A stretch of DNA of 63,896 bases, filler included, from Aduncisulcus paluster (Eukaryota): assembly GCA_024181965.1 (NCBI GenBank). It is 9 parts of 9 records of this genome, joined end to end, with 100 filler letters (N's around TTAATTAATTAA, not from the genome) between each part and the next. Parts side by side here need not be neighbours in the genome. Positions count along the whole stretch, not along the records: positions 12,477 to 31,356 come from BQXS01000164.1; positions 31,457 to 33,040 come from BQXS01000165.1; 7 more parts are not named here. The stretch is one strand, 5' to 3'. The translations under genes were made by a program, and so were the position numbers. Positions 20,138-33,140 of this stretch are shown piece by piece. How positions within the stretch are numbered: position 1 is the first letter of the stretch; each line of letters opens with the position of its first letter. The notes below the pieces were generated by a model that worked only from the letters and a program-made list of their open reading frames with translations, had not been told where the DNA came from and ran no database searches.

Positions 20138-23100
20138 ATGCGTCATACTCAGCCTATCTTAGATAAACCATCTGAGAATATTCACGTCATTGTACGCCTT
20201 CGACCCCTTATTCGAGGCGAAAAAACTCGTTCAAATATACATATAACTGGAGATAAAGTTGTGGTACCTTCTGGTCCTGATTCCATGCGCTCTGCGAAAG
20301 AATTTTCTTTTGCAAAGGTGTACCCACCCTCTGCCAAAAATGAGGATGTTAAAGATTCAATTAAACCCATTATAGAAGCAGTTAAAGAAGGATATAATGC
20401 AACTATGTTTGCCTATGGTCAGACATCTAGTGGAAAGGTATGTTTTCTCTTTTACCCCTTTGATTGCGGTAATTTTTTCTAATTTTCTCAAATTTATTTT
20501 ACTAAAATGCATATTTTTGTTAAATTTGTTTTATCCACGATAAATTTTAGACGCATACTATTGCTGGTTCCTCATATGCTAATGATCACGGAGGGAAAGC
20601 AAATGGTTTGGCTCCAGCCTTCCTAGAAGAATTATTCAAATACATCAAGGGTGGTGATGTTGGTGAAACTGATATTAACCTTTCTTTTGTGGAACTGTAT
20701 AATGACAGCTTCCGTGATCTCATTGTATCATCCAAACGGCCATATTTGAAGTTTCAAAATGGTAAATATGTCCTTAAAGATGCCCGTACAGTTGTTATTT
20801 CTGAGCTGAAGCAAGCTCAACACTATTTCCATGTGGGTTTGAGAAAAAGAGAAACAACCAGCACAGAGCACAATGAAAGGAGTTCTCGTTCGCATGCTAT
20901 CCTTGTTGTTAACATTAAGCATTCACGTGGTGACCATTCATATCATTCAATTGTAAACATTGTCGATTTGGCAGGTTCTGAGAGGTTAACGGCCGCCTCG
21001 ACTTGGTGCCGTGAAGGAAAGCGGCAACGAGAAACACAAAGTATTAATTCGAGTCTTCATGTTCTTCGTCGTGTCATCCGTGCATTGATTAACAATCCCA
21101 AAGGTTGTATACCATATCGTGAGAATCCCCTTACTAAGTTGCTACAAGATTCGATTGGAGGCAGTGCCCGTACGTTGTTCGTTGCCTGTATCAGTGAAAA
21201 CAAGGACCATCTTGCCGAATCCATAAGCACCCTTGAGTATGCTAGTCAGGCCAGACTTATCCGCAATAATGTTCGAAGCAACATCAGTCTCATTGATTCT
21301 GAGGTGAACATTGTTGATTTACTCCAAGAAAAACTTCTCCTTGGACGGCAAGTCGAGCAACTCACCCAGGAAAACAAACGCCTAAACCAGATGCTCACGA
21401 GACTTATACGTGAACGTGAACACCGATCTGAAAGGAACGAAGGGGATGATTTGATTGAATCTGGCGCAACTAGACTCGATTCACGCGATAGACATTCCTC
21501 CTCCTCTCTTCCTTACCGGAGTATTTCGTCGGCTAGAGACGGTTCTGTTGACCGGTGGGATTCTAATCTCGATGGCGACGACCATGAAGCAGCTATGAGT
21601 GATCTTGGTCCGTCTAGAGCCATGTCCACCCCCGGCTCGGTGTCAATGGATCCCAAGTCCGTTGTTATGGGTAGTGACTCAATTGGTCATCGCAAGAGAC
21701 GGAGCAGTGTTCCCGTCGCAGGGCTATTGGTTGGCAAGAGTGCGTCTGTCAAAATACCCCGGTCTGAGAAGTCAAAGAGATCTCAAGTGAAAGAACCCAC
21801 GAAGACTGAGAAATGGACAGATTTGCATAACCTTGAGCATTATAGTGCTCACATCGAGAATACATCAAATGTTTACTATAAATTGTCTGCTTATTTATCC
21901 TCTTCGAAACCTCAGAAACCTAGTGACCTGGATAAACTATCTGTGGCTGTTCCCACTACCATTGACATGCTCAAGGATAAGATGTGGAAGCTCAGGATGT
22001 ACGTTCAAGGAAGAGAACGCACATATGGTCGTTCATGTCCCCACGTAGCTCACTTGAGGGCTCAAATGGAGGACATGTGTGCCAAGGCCGATAAACTTGT
22101 CCAATGTTATGCTATTCTCCAGAAGACCTTGATCGACAAGAAGAGTATGCTGGTGCTTCCTTCCGCTTCTCTGCGCACGCCTGGTCGTACTCCTCGTCCA
22201 GGGAGCAGAAGCAGTTCAAGGTCACATTCAAGAACGATGCTCAGCGAACCCATACCTGGTTCTTCTTCCGCAAAAACTCCCTCCAGGACTCTTAGAGAAG
22301 AGTTGGTCAGTCAGGATGATATGAGAATGCCGGATGAACAACAAAGAATGCCGGAAGAACAGCAGAGGAGAGAAGAAGAAGAGAGGAGGAGAAGAGAGGA
22401 AGAAGAGAGGAAAAGAAGGCTCATCGAAGAAAGCAAACAACGTGAGCGTGAAGAGGAAAAGAAAAGACGAGAAGAGCAAGAGCAGAGAGCTCTCAGGGAG
22501 CAACAGAGGAGAGCTGAACAAGAGAGAAGAAGAGNNNNNNNNNNNNNNNNNNNNCTCCTCGTCCAGGGAGCAGAAGCAGTTCAAGGTCACATTCAAGAAC
22601 GATGCTCAGCGAACCCATACCTGGTTCTTCTTCCGCAAAAACTCCCTCCAGGACTCTTAGAGAAGAGTTGGTCAGTCAGGATGATATGAGAATGCCGGAT
22701 GAACAACAAAGAATGCCGGAAGAACAGCAGAGGAGAGAAGAAGAAGAGAGGAGGAGAAGAGAGGAAGAAGAGAGGAAAAGAAGGCTCATCGAAGAAAGCA
22801 AACAACGTGAGCGTGAAGAGGAAAAGAAAAGACGAGAAGAGCAAGAGCAGAGAGCTCTCAGGGAGCAACAGAGGAGAGCTGAACAAGAGAGAAGAAGAGA
22901 AGAGGAGGAGAGAAGAAGGTTCGAAGAAGAAGAAAGGAGGATTGAGGAAGAGGAAAGAAGAAGGGAAGAAGAAGAGCAACGGAGAGCGATGGAAGAAAAA
23001 AGACGCTACTCCCGACCCAGTGAAAAACCTTCTGAGGATTCACATCCTTCATCTTACAACCCATTCCTCTCTGGGTCCTTCAACTCTTCTACGACTAACT

Positions 23101-24356
23101 CAGACATGAATCCAAGCAACTCACTCCCTGTCCCAACTCCAACCCCAATGCCTTCCCACTCAAGACGCATTAGGACCGATAAGAATGCTGATTTGAAGAG
23201 CATGTTGAAATATCGAGGTGAACAGCCCACGCCAATCAGTTCCACGGCTGGGCATCCCCATTCAGCTCCCCGTCCTTCTTCAGCAATGTCCCAATATACT
23301 GACAGACATGCTCCATCCCGCTTCCAGCAAGTCTCTCACCCAGCCTCTGTAAGTTCAACTTTACGGATGAGTGCTCTCGATTCCGGGGCAGTCGAAGCTT
23401 CCAGGAGACGTAGCGATGGATCTTATCCGCAGCAATCAAGGTATGCTGGTGGTGGGTATGCCAAGCATCGTACTTCCATGCCACCGTCAGTCAGAGATGG
23501 GTCATATTCTTCACGTCTCTCTCTTCCATCGTCAAGCCACGTCCAAGGTGCAGTCGCAAGAAGTCCCCGTTCACGTCCAGGATCGGATGCTTCTCCTCAT
23601 CATGGCTCTCCCACCCTTCCCACGAGAATGTTGTCATCACCCTCAGGTCCCTCAAACATGTCTATGAAGGAAAAAGATAGCTTCCAACGGATGAAACGGA
23701 TATGTGACGGGGTTGAGCATGAGTGGGATCGTCTTCTTGGTGAATTAGAATCCTTTGATGTGAAGGAGTNNNNNNNNNNNNNNNNNNNNTCTTCACGTCT
23801 CTCTCTTCCATCGTCAAGCCACGTCCAAGGTGCAGTCGCAAGAAGTCCCCGTTCACGTCCAGGATCGGATGCTTCTCCTCATCATGGCTCTCCCACCCTT
23901 CCCACGAGAATGTTGTCATCACCCTCAGGTCCCTCAAACATGTCTATGAAGGAAAAAGATAGCTTCCAACGGATGAAACGGATATGTGACGGGGTTGAGC
24001 ATGAGTGGGATCGTCTTCTTGGTGAATTAGAATCCTTTGATGTGAAGGAGTCAGACCTTGTTGAGATTCCTCCAATGCATAAGGGTGGTGTTCGATCGAT
24101 TGGGATTCGTGTGATCCATGAAGGACGGGAGATGGTGAGGACTCTTGTGTCTGTTCTCGATGGATATGATGTCCTTGGTATTTCTAAATGTATTGATAGG
24201 GGATTACGTGAAGTGTTGCGTTCAAAGAAGGGCTTGGCTGAGCTTATGGGTGGTGCTTCCAAGAAAGAAAAGGAGATGTTAACACACTTCTCTCTTCGTA
24301 TTCAGTGGATTCGGAATAGGTTGAAGATGGTTGGGTCAGAAGTTGCAAAGCTATGA
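20138..24356 (+). CDS. N-type kinesin, 2 exons (20138-20437, 20551-24356); two gap duplications in the tail
   Basis: 'NIHVIVRLRP', P-loop GQTSSGK|T split by the intron, 'NERSSRSH', 'VDLAGSER', 'IPYRENPLTKLLQDSIGG'; coiled-coil neck and E/R-rich tail. Confidence 0.92.
20438..20550 (+). other. Spliceosomal intron, 113 nt, phase 0
   Basis: GTATGT donor, TACTAA branch-like motif near 20500, TTTTAG acceptor. Removal restores GQTSSGKTHTI. Confidence 0.93.
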
Positions 24357-25162
24357 ATCTCTTGTTTTTCTGTGTAAAGCCATGTGTGATTTTATTCCAA
24401 TTCTTTGGATAACCTATAAAAGCAAAATTTATTTCTTCCCCCCCTCTCTATCACTCTAGTATCTTCTATGACACTGCACTTAGCTTGGATTATGTGTTAA
24501 AGTTCTGTACAAATGAGAATTGTTTTTGTTTTATGTTGGTATGATATTGTGATGTTTTGTGTGTTTGTTGTGTATCGCATACATCATCATTTATATGATA
24601 TATAATATAATTATATGATATATGATATAATTATTGTTGAATAATATCCTTTGAATACGAATATTCTCGATTCTTTTTCATTCATGAGCGATCTTTTCCC
24701 CTCTATCATTCTATCGTGTATGTCTTCAGAATATCATCAAGTCTTCGTTTAATTCTATTCAAAGAAATCAAAATCCACTGGAACTCAATTCTGTACCAAA
24801 TATTGATAAATAAAATTATATCTTCAGGATTTTGAGCTGAACTATCCCACCTCGTTCATTGCTTTCTTAATGAAAATTTTATGATATTCATTAGTGAAAT
24901 ATATAACTGTATTCATTAATTTTATTATTGATATATTGCTCAATTCGCTATTTCACTTGTCATGAGGTTGTGTTATTTTTGGCCGTAATGAATGATATGA
25001 TGAATTACAAATGAATAAAAACAAGATAATGTTGAAGAAAAATTTATATTAAATCTGTGAACAAGGAAAAAAATTATCTATTCCGGATTTCAATTCCAAA
25101 CTTCCAGAAATTGCTGTTTTCGAACCAAAATCTTCTTTTAAGAATAGAAATCCACTTCATAT

Positions 25163-28100
25163 ATGAATAGAGTAGAATATTCGAAGTTAGATTACCTATT
25201 CACAGATAGAATTTGTGTTTTCGATAATGATCGACAATGTCGTGAACTCGAGCAGTTTATTGAAAACCACGATGATAGATTTGTATGTTCGCATGATTTT
25301 TATACCTTTGAGTCCCATATATTTCGTGCATGACTTATGATTTGCTCTTTTATATTTTTTTATTCTAATTCGTTTGTATCTTTGCAATTTATGGATGAAA
25401 TACGCCTTTTATTTATTTGCCCTCTTATTTATTTTATTATCTTAGCACATAAATGAATATGAAAGCATTAATCGACTATATAAATATATTACAGAATTTT
25501 TTGAGATTTACCTTGGCTCTCAATCAGTTACTGATTCAGAATCTAAAAATCCTATTTCAATGTTTGATGATATTAAGGAAAAAGAGCATCCTACTAGTAT
25601 ACTACCTTCTCAAGGTACTTTATCGTCATTTCTTCCACCAAGCCCACCCCGAGATCTCGTTGTCCGTTTTCTTCATTTATCATATGCCTTAACCGAGAAA
25701 CTATCCCACTATCCACCTCTATCATTCTCTCGGTCGAGTACCCACTCCCACCTTGACCATGTTGGTGAGTGTCTTGCTTCCATTGGAACTCTCTTTATCG
25801 ATATCATCCTTGAAGTCATTGAAAAGTTTAAAAAAGATATAGTTGAAACCGATGGACTATCTTCTTCGAAGAAACAGTCTTCAATTCCTCCCTTTTTTGC
25901 GCAATCATTTGTCAGACTTTACAGTACACTTGTGACAACTATTGTTACTCACACATATAAAAAGAAGAAAGTATCCAATTCATTCGAGTATTCATACCTT
26001 TCAGAATCTGATGCTGTCGTGTCTATTTATAGAAATGAAAAAACTTTAGCTCAATTGATTAAATCCGTTCACATATGTTGCCAAGGATGTGGAATTGATG
26101 AGCAGAAAGATGATGAAGAGGATCTGAAGAATGAACTAATCAAACGCCCATCCTCAATGAAAACAGTTTTCCCCGATAGTGAGCTGAGGCTTGCTCACAG
26201 TCCCAACCACTCTCCTGTCACAACTCCCAGAGGCACAGAACACCCTCCCCTCCCTTATTCCCCCGAAGACCACTCCCATGGTCCCCTGAGAGCTGTTGAA
26301 CTACGAGAGAAGGAGCAACATCAGTGGAAGAATACTCTCACAATCTGTGTTATGTGTCTGTCGGGGCTATTTATAGAAATGAAAAAACTTTAGCTCAATT
26401 GATTAAATCCGTTCACATATGTTGCCAAGGATGTGGAATTGATGAGCAGAAAGATGATGAAGAGGATCTGAAGAATGAACTAATCAAACGCCCATCCTCA
26501 ATGAAAACAGTTTTCCCCGATAGTGAGCTGAGGCTTGCTCACAGTCCCAACCACTCTCCTGTCACAACTCCCAGAGGCACAGAACACCCTCCCCTCCCTT
26601 ATTCCCCCGAAGACCACTCCCATGGTCCCCTGAGAGCTGTTGAACTACGAGAGAAGGAGCAACATCAGTGGAAGAATACTCTCACAATCTGTGTTATGTG
26701 TCTGTCGGGGCTATTTATCTGTGAAAATGAGGAAGAAGAGAGGAAAGAAGAGGAGGAGAGACAACGTCGAATGAAAGCAATGTCAAAACAAAGAAGCAGC
26801 CCCTCTGGGATGGATATTGAGGAATGCGAGAGAGCTGAGCCTTCTTATTCCCAAGATGACAATTTCCACCATTCTCCTCTTCCTTCTTCCCTCTACAGGC
26901 GTCATGGTATCTGTGCATCCCTTGCGAGGTCCTTTATGGTCAAAGAAAGCGTGGATATGCATGCCGAACGACTGAGGATCCTTGCAGAGAAAAAAGGGGG
27001 TCACGAGGAAATGCTCAAAGCTATAATGCAAGAGTTAGACGAGAAAGAGAACAAAACAATGAATGTTGGAGTTACAAAAGTTGTTAAGAAAGATCAAAAG
27101 ACTTCAAAATCTAAGAAAATTGGCACTCTCTCATCAACGACTCTTCCTTCTTCTTCTTCTGACATGAAATCAACCAAAAAGGTCGTTATTCCTGCAGTTA
27201 TGAAAGGTAAAAAGAACGTTGAAGGAATGTTGGGGACAAGCGGAGTTCTCAATGCCAAGAAAACTACACTTATCTCCACTCTTGTAGGCTCTGGTGCAGT
27301 GACTTCCACCATGACCATCGGTCAAACACTCAACGGTGGCCAAATGGCTACAATTGGAGGACAAACGATGGTCCAAACATGCGTAGAATCTGGAAAAGTC
27401 ACGTCTATGCTCACCATCCCTGAAGGAACAGGAAGAATGGTATCTGGAACAACCAAAGTCAACCCAATACATCCTTCACAGCCTCCCTCTGTGTCATCCT
27501 CGATGTTCATGTCTGTCTGTGAGTGTGTGAATATGGTTGTCCATTGTCCTAGTATCTCCCTTTCTCCCGTTCTAACTCCTCTCTTCTTGCCCATTTCTTC
27601 ATACTCTCTGTATGCACCTTGTGTTGCCATCATTCACGCCCTGTGTGTTGAATTGGCTTGGATATATGGAAGCCAGATTGAAAGCCAGAAATCTGAGCAT
27701 GAAGACAAGACTCTCTCCCCTTGTGTTTCCTCCTCCTCCGTTCTCTCTTTCCACGTGTGTCAGAGCCCTCAGCAATTGTCTGTGTCGACTTGTCGGGAAT
27801 GGAGTCAGAGAGCTTGACGGAGAGATTCGGAATGAAATTATCTCAATTCTTCTCCTTTTGTTCCATTTATACCCAAAAGATATGGCTATTTTACTCTCAC
27901 ATACCGAGCACAGTGTTCTCCCTCAAGAGGTGCTTGTGAGCATGGTCAGTGGGTTTGTGTATGACGGAAAGTTTCCCGACCATGACAAGGATCAAATGGA
28001 TGGGCTCGAAGGCTTATCTGGGAGTCGTAGAGCTTCTCGAATCGAATCAAGCTCTGGCGAACCCCTTGAAGCGAATGATGAACTCATCCAGGATTCCTTC

Positions 28101-31100
28101 CTGTTTGCTCACCAGACAAGTATGCTCCCTCCAATTCCCGAGGAAGGAAGTCGCCCACTCTCCTCTCACTTGTCTGGCTCAGTCTCTGCTCATCCACGGA
28201 GTAGACGCCAGTCCATTGCTGACGTTCCTGGCAGTACCCATGCCGAGTCTGCGATAAAAACCATTCCAGAAGATCCAAACTCTAACCCGTTCATCCGAGG
28301 TGTCGTTGCGGTGACTGCTAGTATGACAGGGGATGAATATGGACGCTCTCCAAGTATCCCAGGGTCTCGGAGCATGCGAGGGATGAGCTTTGCTGAATGT
28401 GACAAGGAGAGAAGGATGAGTACAAGTGAATCGGAGAGTAATCGGAAGAAAACCATGTTCCAGCGGAAAGGATACCAAAGCAGACGCTCCCAGGAAGAAC
28501 ATGTTCGACAAGGAAGGATGGCGATGCCCAAACCTAATCCAGGAGGACTATCGAATACTATTCAAGCCTATACAGTGTCTCCTAACGTTACAGGATGGCT
28601 CTCTAACAGAGATAGCGATGCTCTCTGTGTTGTTCTCTGTCTTAAAATGCTTCACATGATGGTTAGAGTGCCTGAAAGTCGTCCGCTTGGGCTGGAACTC
28701 TTATCGTGGAAACCAATGAGTGATGTTCTCGTTGGTTACTGTGGAGTTTGTAACCATTTCCACCCTCCATCCTTAGCAGCTGCCCTTGAAGACCCCTCAA
28801 ATGAGGCTTGGGTTGTTCCTGGATCCTGTCCTAGAAAAGTATGGACTCAAAATCAGATGGGAGTTATTCGAAAAGAAGTTCTTGAGGTCATCTCGATGGT
28901 TTGTACCTGCTGTGATTTTGGTAGACCCGTTAAACCTATTCACAATGCCCGTAAAGGTTCCCTTTTGTCCAAAGTTAATAAGGCTGGGTTTATGGATTCT
29001 GCCGAAGAGACTGAGATAGAAAGTGATAAGAATGAAGGATATAATCCCCAAGAAAATGCTGAGGATATGATCTCTGATGAACCTGGATGTTTGTCAAAGA
29101 TACCTCCGCCCCCCTTGCCTTGTCCTCCATCTCCCTTCTCCTCTCTTTTCTTCCCACTGTTTAAATCCCTAACAAAGTCCTCGCTAATCCCTTCTTTGCT
29201 CTCCGTGCTGTCCTGTTCTGACACTCTCCACTCTGAACGTATCAAGGCTTGGGAATGCATTGGTGGGTGTACAAGCGGTGGAGAGTCCAATGATAGCGGA
29301 ATTAGATATGGGTTTAGGTATATGAATGATGACGTTAATTCATCGGGGCCCTTTGGCTGTGATCCCAATGATTCTGGTCTTCCGTCACCATCTTCATTCT
29401 CTCCTGCAAGTCTGTTCTCGTTAGATTTGGTTCGCCATGGTTTTGTATCTCTCCTTATTAACCATCTTGCTCTCTGTGTTGATTGGTTTAGTTCTCAGAA
29501 GAAAATTGACAACTGTGACCATTCGATTCCTTTAAGCGGGAAGAAACGGAGAAGAAAGAAGATCGACCAAGATATATTCACTCACCCCCATTCGCGTTAT
29601 GCATCTGACTGTGCTTCTGCTCTTCCAACAGTTTCTTTGCCTATCGGAGAGACATTGAATCCCTTCGCTTCTATGGGTAGTGGAAAATCTCATCGTGGAA
29701 TCCATCAAAGCCTTGATCCTAAACCCTTGGATTCTACATCACTGTCAGTCATGACATTCCTCACTGAAGACAAGGAGAATGAAATCGATTATGAGTATTT
29801 CACTCTATTGCTGCTCTCCATTCTTAGTACCATAGCTTCCCACGTAAATGGCTTACCACTTAATGAAGACATTATGTCCATTCCTTTCTTGTTACACACC
29901 AAGGAGACGTGGAACACCCTCTATGGTTCATGTGCATCCCTTGAAGATCCCTTCAATGATGCAAATGAGGAAGGTCAATATGAAGAACCATGGAAATCTG
30001 AGGAAGACGAATATCAACATCCTCAACTTCGAAGCTCAGTGCTTCCCGGTATCAATGTAGGAGCCTCACGTGCATCTGGTGATCCTTCCATCCAGTTAGA
30101 TGATCCATTAATCTTTCCAATATCCCAACATTCTCCTCATACCACTGCTGAATCTGCTGTTGTTAATCCAACACTTCTTGAACTTATTTCCTCTCTCCTC
30201 TCTCTGTGTCCCACTCTATCCATTGTATCGATGTGTGTTGCTACAATGCGGTCCATGACTGAACCTACCCGTCTCCTTGACGAGCTCCACTTCTTCCTGA
30301 GAAATGAGTGCAGTGAAATGGTCCATTATGGCGTTGAAAGTCTTGACGGTGAGCAGGAACAGGAGNNNNNNNNNNNNNNNNNNNNCCACTGCTGAATCTG
30401 CTGTTGTTAATCCAACACTTCTTGAACTTATTTCCTCTCTCCTCTCTCTGTGTCCCACTCTATCCATTGTATCGATGTGTGTTGCTACAATGCGGTCCAT
30501 GACTGAACCTACCCGTCTCCTTGACGAGCTCCACTTCTTCCTGAGAAATGAGTGCAGTGAAATGGTCCATTATGGCGTTGAAAGTCTTGACGGTGAGCAG
30601 GAACAGGAGGCTGCTTCAACTACTGAGTTTAGACAGAGAAGAGAATCGCAAGAACTTCTTGCACGTCGTATTGGTATTTCCGAGGAAGATTGGATGAAAT
30701 ATGAGTCTGAATATCGTTTCAGAATGGAGAATATTAAAGCGTCGACCAACGGTTGGGAGGTTTTATCGTCTTCTCTTTATGCCCTTCTTATCAACACATC
30801 TATATTTGATCATTTCAAACAGCTTGAAGAGGCAATGACTCAGATACATTTCCCCTCCACCCTTCTCTCCACTCTCCATCTCCTTTCAGTTGGCATTTCA
30901 TCCCCCTTTAATTCTCTCCATCTTCTCGTTCGCGGTGAGGTCAGCAAGATTGACGATGCAATTAATGTCTGTTCTGATACTCTGTCGATGCTTATATCTT
31001 TGTGCTGTTCCCTTATCCAGAGCTGTGTGATTGTGAACAGTGTGTTTGGCAAGGATAACTCGAGGCATTGTGAAGAAAAGGAGCACTATTCAAACCGTTG

Positions 31101-31356
31101 CTCTTGTGAAACGATTGTTGATTGTTTCCTTCGGTGGAACATCCATCCAAGCATGCCTGAAACCCCTCCCCTTTCTTCCCCTGTTTTCCATTTGATATCT
31201 TCACTCTACGAGCTTATTCAGAAGGCTGATGCTGAGCGAGAAGTCTTGGAAGCAAAGAGAATGGAACGTGAAAGAGCTATCCAAAGAGAGCAAGAACTTG
31301 AGGAGCAGAAGAAGAGAGAACAACAGCAACAGCCAACAAATACATTCATTGATCCC
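25163..31356 (+). CDS. Giant ARM-like protein, CFAP69-like N-terminus (exon 1 25163-25282, exon 2 from 25446; 3' partial; duplications and one +1 frame break)
   Basis: Spliced N-terminus 'MNRVEYSKLDYLFTDRICVFDNDRQCRELEQFIENHDDRF|HINEYESINRLY' and 'KLSHYPPLSFSRS..HLDHVGECLASIGTLF' resemble the CFAP69 N-terminal pattern. ORFs 25560, 26324, 27612 and 30304 tile one gene. Confidence 0.55.
25283..25445 (+). other. Spliceosomal intron, 163 nt, phase 0
   Basis: GTATGT donor exactly 40 codons after ATG 25163. T-rich tract and CTTAG acceptor, in frame with the downstream ORF. Confidence 0.8.
26023..26718. repeat. Exact tandem duplication, period 344 bp, probable assembly artefact
   Basis: 26023-26374 is repeated at 26367-26718 with CTATTTAT junction microhomology, causing an apparent frameshift. 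Confidence 0.85.
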
Positions 31357-32534
31357 NNNNNNNNNNNNNNNNNNNNNNNNNNNNNNNNNNNNNNNNNNNN
31401 TTAATTAATTAANNNNNNNNNNNNNNNNNNNNNNNNNNNNNNNNNNNNNNNNNNNNTTATTATATTTTCTTATATATAATATATACAAACAATGTAAAGG
31501 CTTTTCCTTCTCAAAAGCCACGTCAATTTTTCCACATTTTTCAGTTGTTACGATGAGGAATTTTACATTTCAATGATCTGCCTTTCAGTTATTACTAACT
31601 AGTTATTCTATACTTCTTATTCGTTTGAAATTAACCTCAAAATTCCTCGCATTTCTGGTTGTATGTAAAATAAGGTTAAAACACACACTTTGGTTTCTCT
31701 CTTTTCTTTTCATGTAATTCCCTGCCACATTTGCTCTCAACAATATTCCTTGTTTACTATTAGACTAATTATGGTAAAGTGCCGTATGGTACATGCTCTA
31801 ACATTTGACGATCAAATTCTTTATGTGCCTCTTGATCTTTTGATCGCATCGTGAGAGTTTTAAAACCAGACGTTTCATTTTCTTAAATTAGTCCTGATAA
31901 ATAATCAATTGTTTTTCTTTTATATATATCCCTTTATTCTTTTCTAAAAGCTCTTTCTTCTCAGATATTCTTCCCAGATGGTGATTCTGACCCAATCATG
32001 ACAAGGACTGAGACGAGTTCTCCCTCTTTTAAATTGAAATGGTTTGTCGTTGTATTAAAACCGTTCAACTTTACATATGATCTCAAAATAAATAATATGG
32101 ATTCTAAAAATAGATGTTCTAAAAATAGAAATTATTGAAAAATGTTTTGTCCAAAATGCATTTAAATGGACAAAAAATTGTCAAGCTTCGACATATAGAT
32201 CTCACAGCACTCTGTATTGGGATTGGATTACTAAATTTACTAAATTTCAGTTCATTTAGCCTCAATGTGATGGAAGGCAGTGTCACATAAGTCCTTTCAA
32301 TGTGGCTATCCATAAACGATATTAAAATGAAGTTCGTCACATCCTGATCTCCCTCCCCTCCTTGTTCTATTGAATAGGATTATATGTTCGTACCATTTTG
32401 ACGACATATCATTTTTGGTCCCAAACAATCCATTTCATTCACAAGTTGTGAATCACAACCCATACGATGGGTCCCATAGGTTTACCTTTATATTCTTTAT
32501 TTATGAATCACAACCAATGAGTGAATCATCATCA

Positions 32535-33040
32535 TCAATGTCGTTTCCCCCATTGACCTCTTCCTCTTCTATCTCGACCCCCATATCGTCTCCCATCACG
32601 TCTCTGTCCACCTCTCCCTCTTCTTCCAGAGCCACCCCCAGGTTTCTCCTGACTCGGTTGAGATCCAGGTGCAATATGAGCACTGCTAATGGAGGCTTGG
32701 TCGGAATGATGCGTTGTATCACTTCGTATGGAACTTCGTCTTTGCACAACCTCATTCTCATTCTTCCCGTCCGTCATAGATCGATCCTCACGCCCTGCAT
32801 ATCTTCGCTTTCCACCATAATGGCCTTTCCCACCCCGTCTATCCGAATCATATTCTCTCCCAGAACGCCCACGATCTTTTCCCCCGGATCCACCGAACTG
32901 GGTCCGTTTCCCATCCGAGTGTTTTGACACGCCCTGACCAATCTGAGAAACATCCGAGGTAATGGTGCTTGGAATTGATCTTGGACCCTGTTCATCCTTT
33001 TGATCAGTGCTCAACACAGGCATAGACACAGGATGTGCAG
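32535..33040 (-). CDS. RGG-rich C-terminal fragment, possibly the tail of the USP gene across the gap
   Basis: Open frame leaving the linker on the same strand as the USP ORF that enters it; 'GGKDRGRSG..GRRGRGGQRRDGRRYGGRDRRGRG'. Confidence 0.55.
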
Positions 33041-33140
33041 NNNNNNNNNNNNNNNNNNNNNNNNNNNNNNNNNNNNNNNNNNNNTTAATTAATTAANNNN
33101 NNNNNNNNNNNNNNNNNNNNNNNNNNNNNNNNNNNNNNNN

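Noticed and set aside
24585..24640. ATATGATAT-type repeats in the 3' region of the kinesin gene
   Set aside because: Low-complexity AT microsatellite-like sequence with no regular unit/spacer structure.
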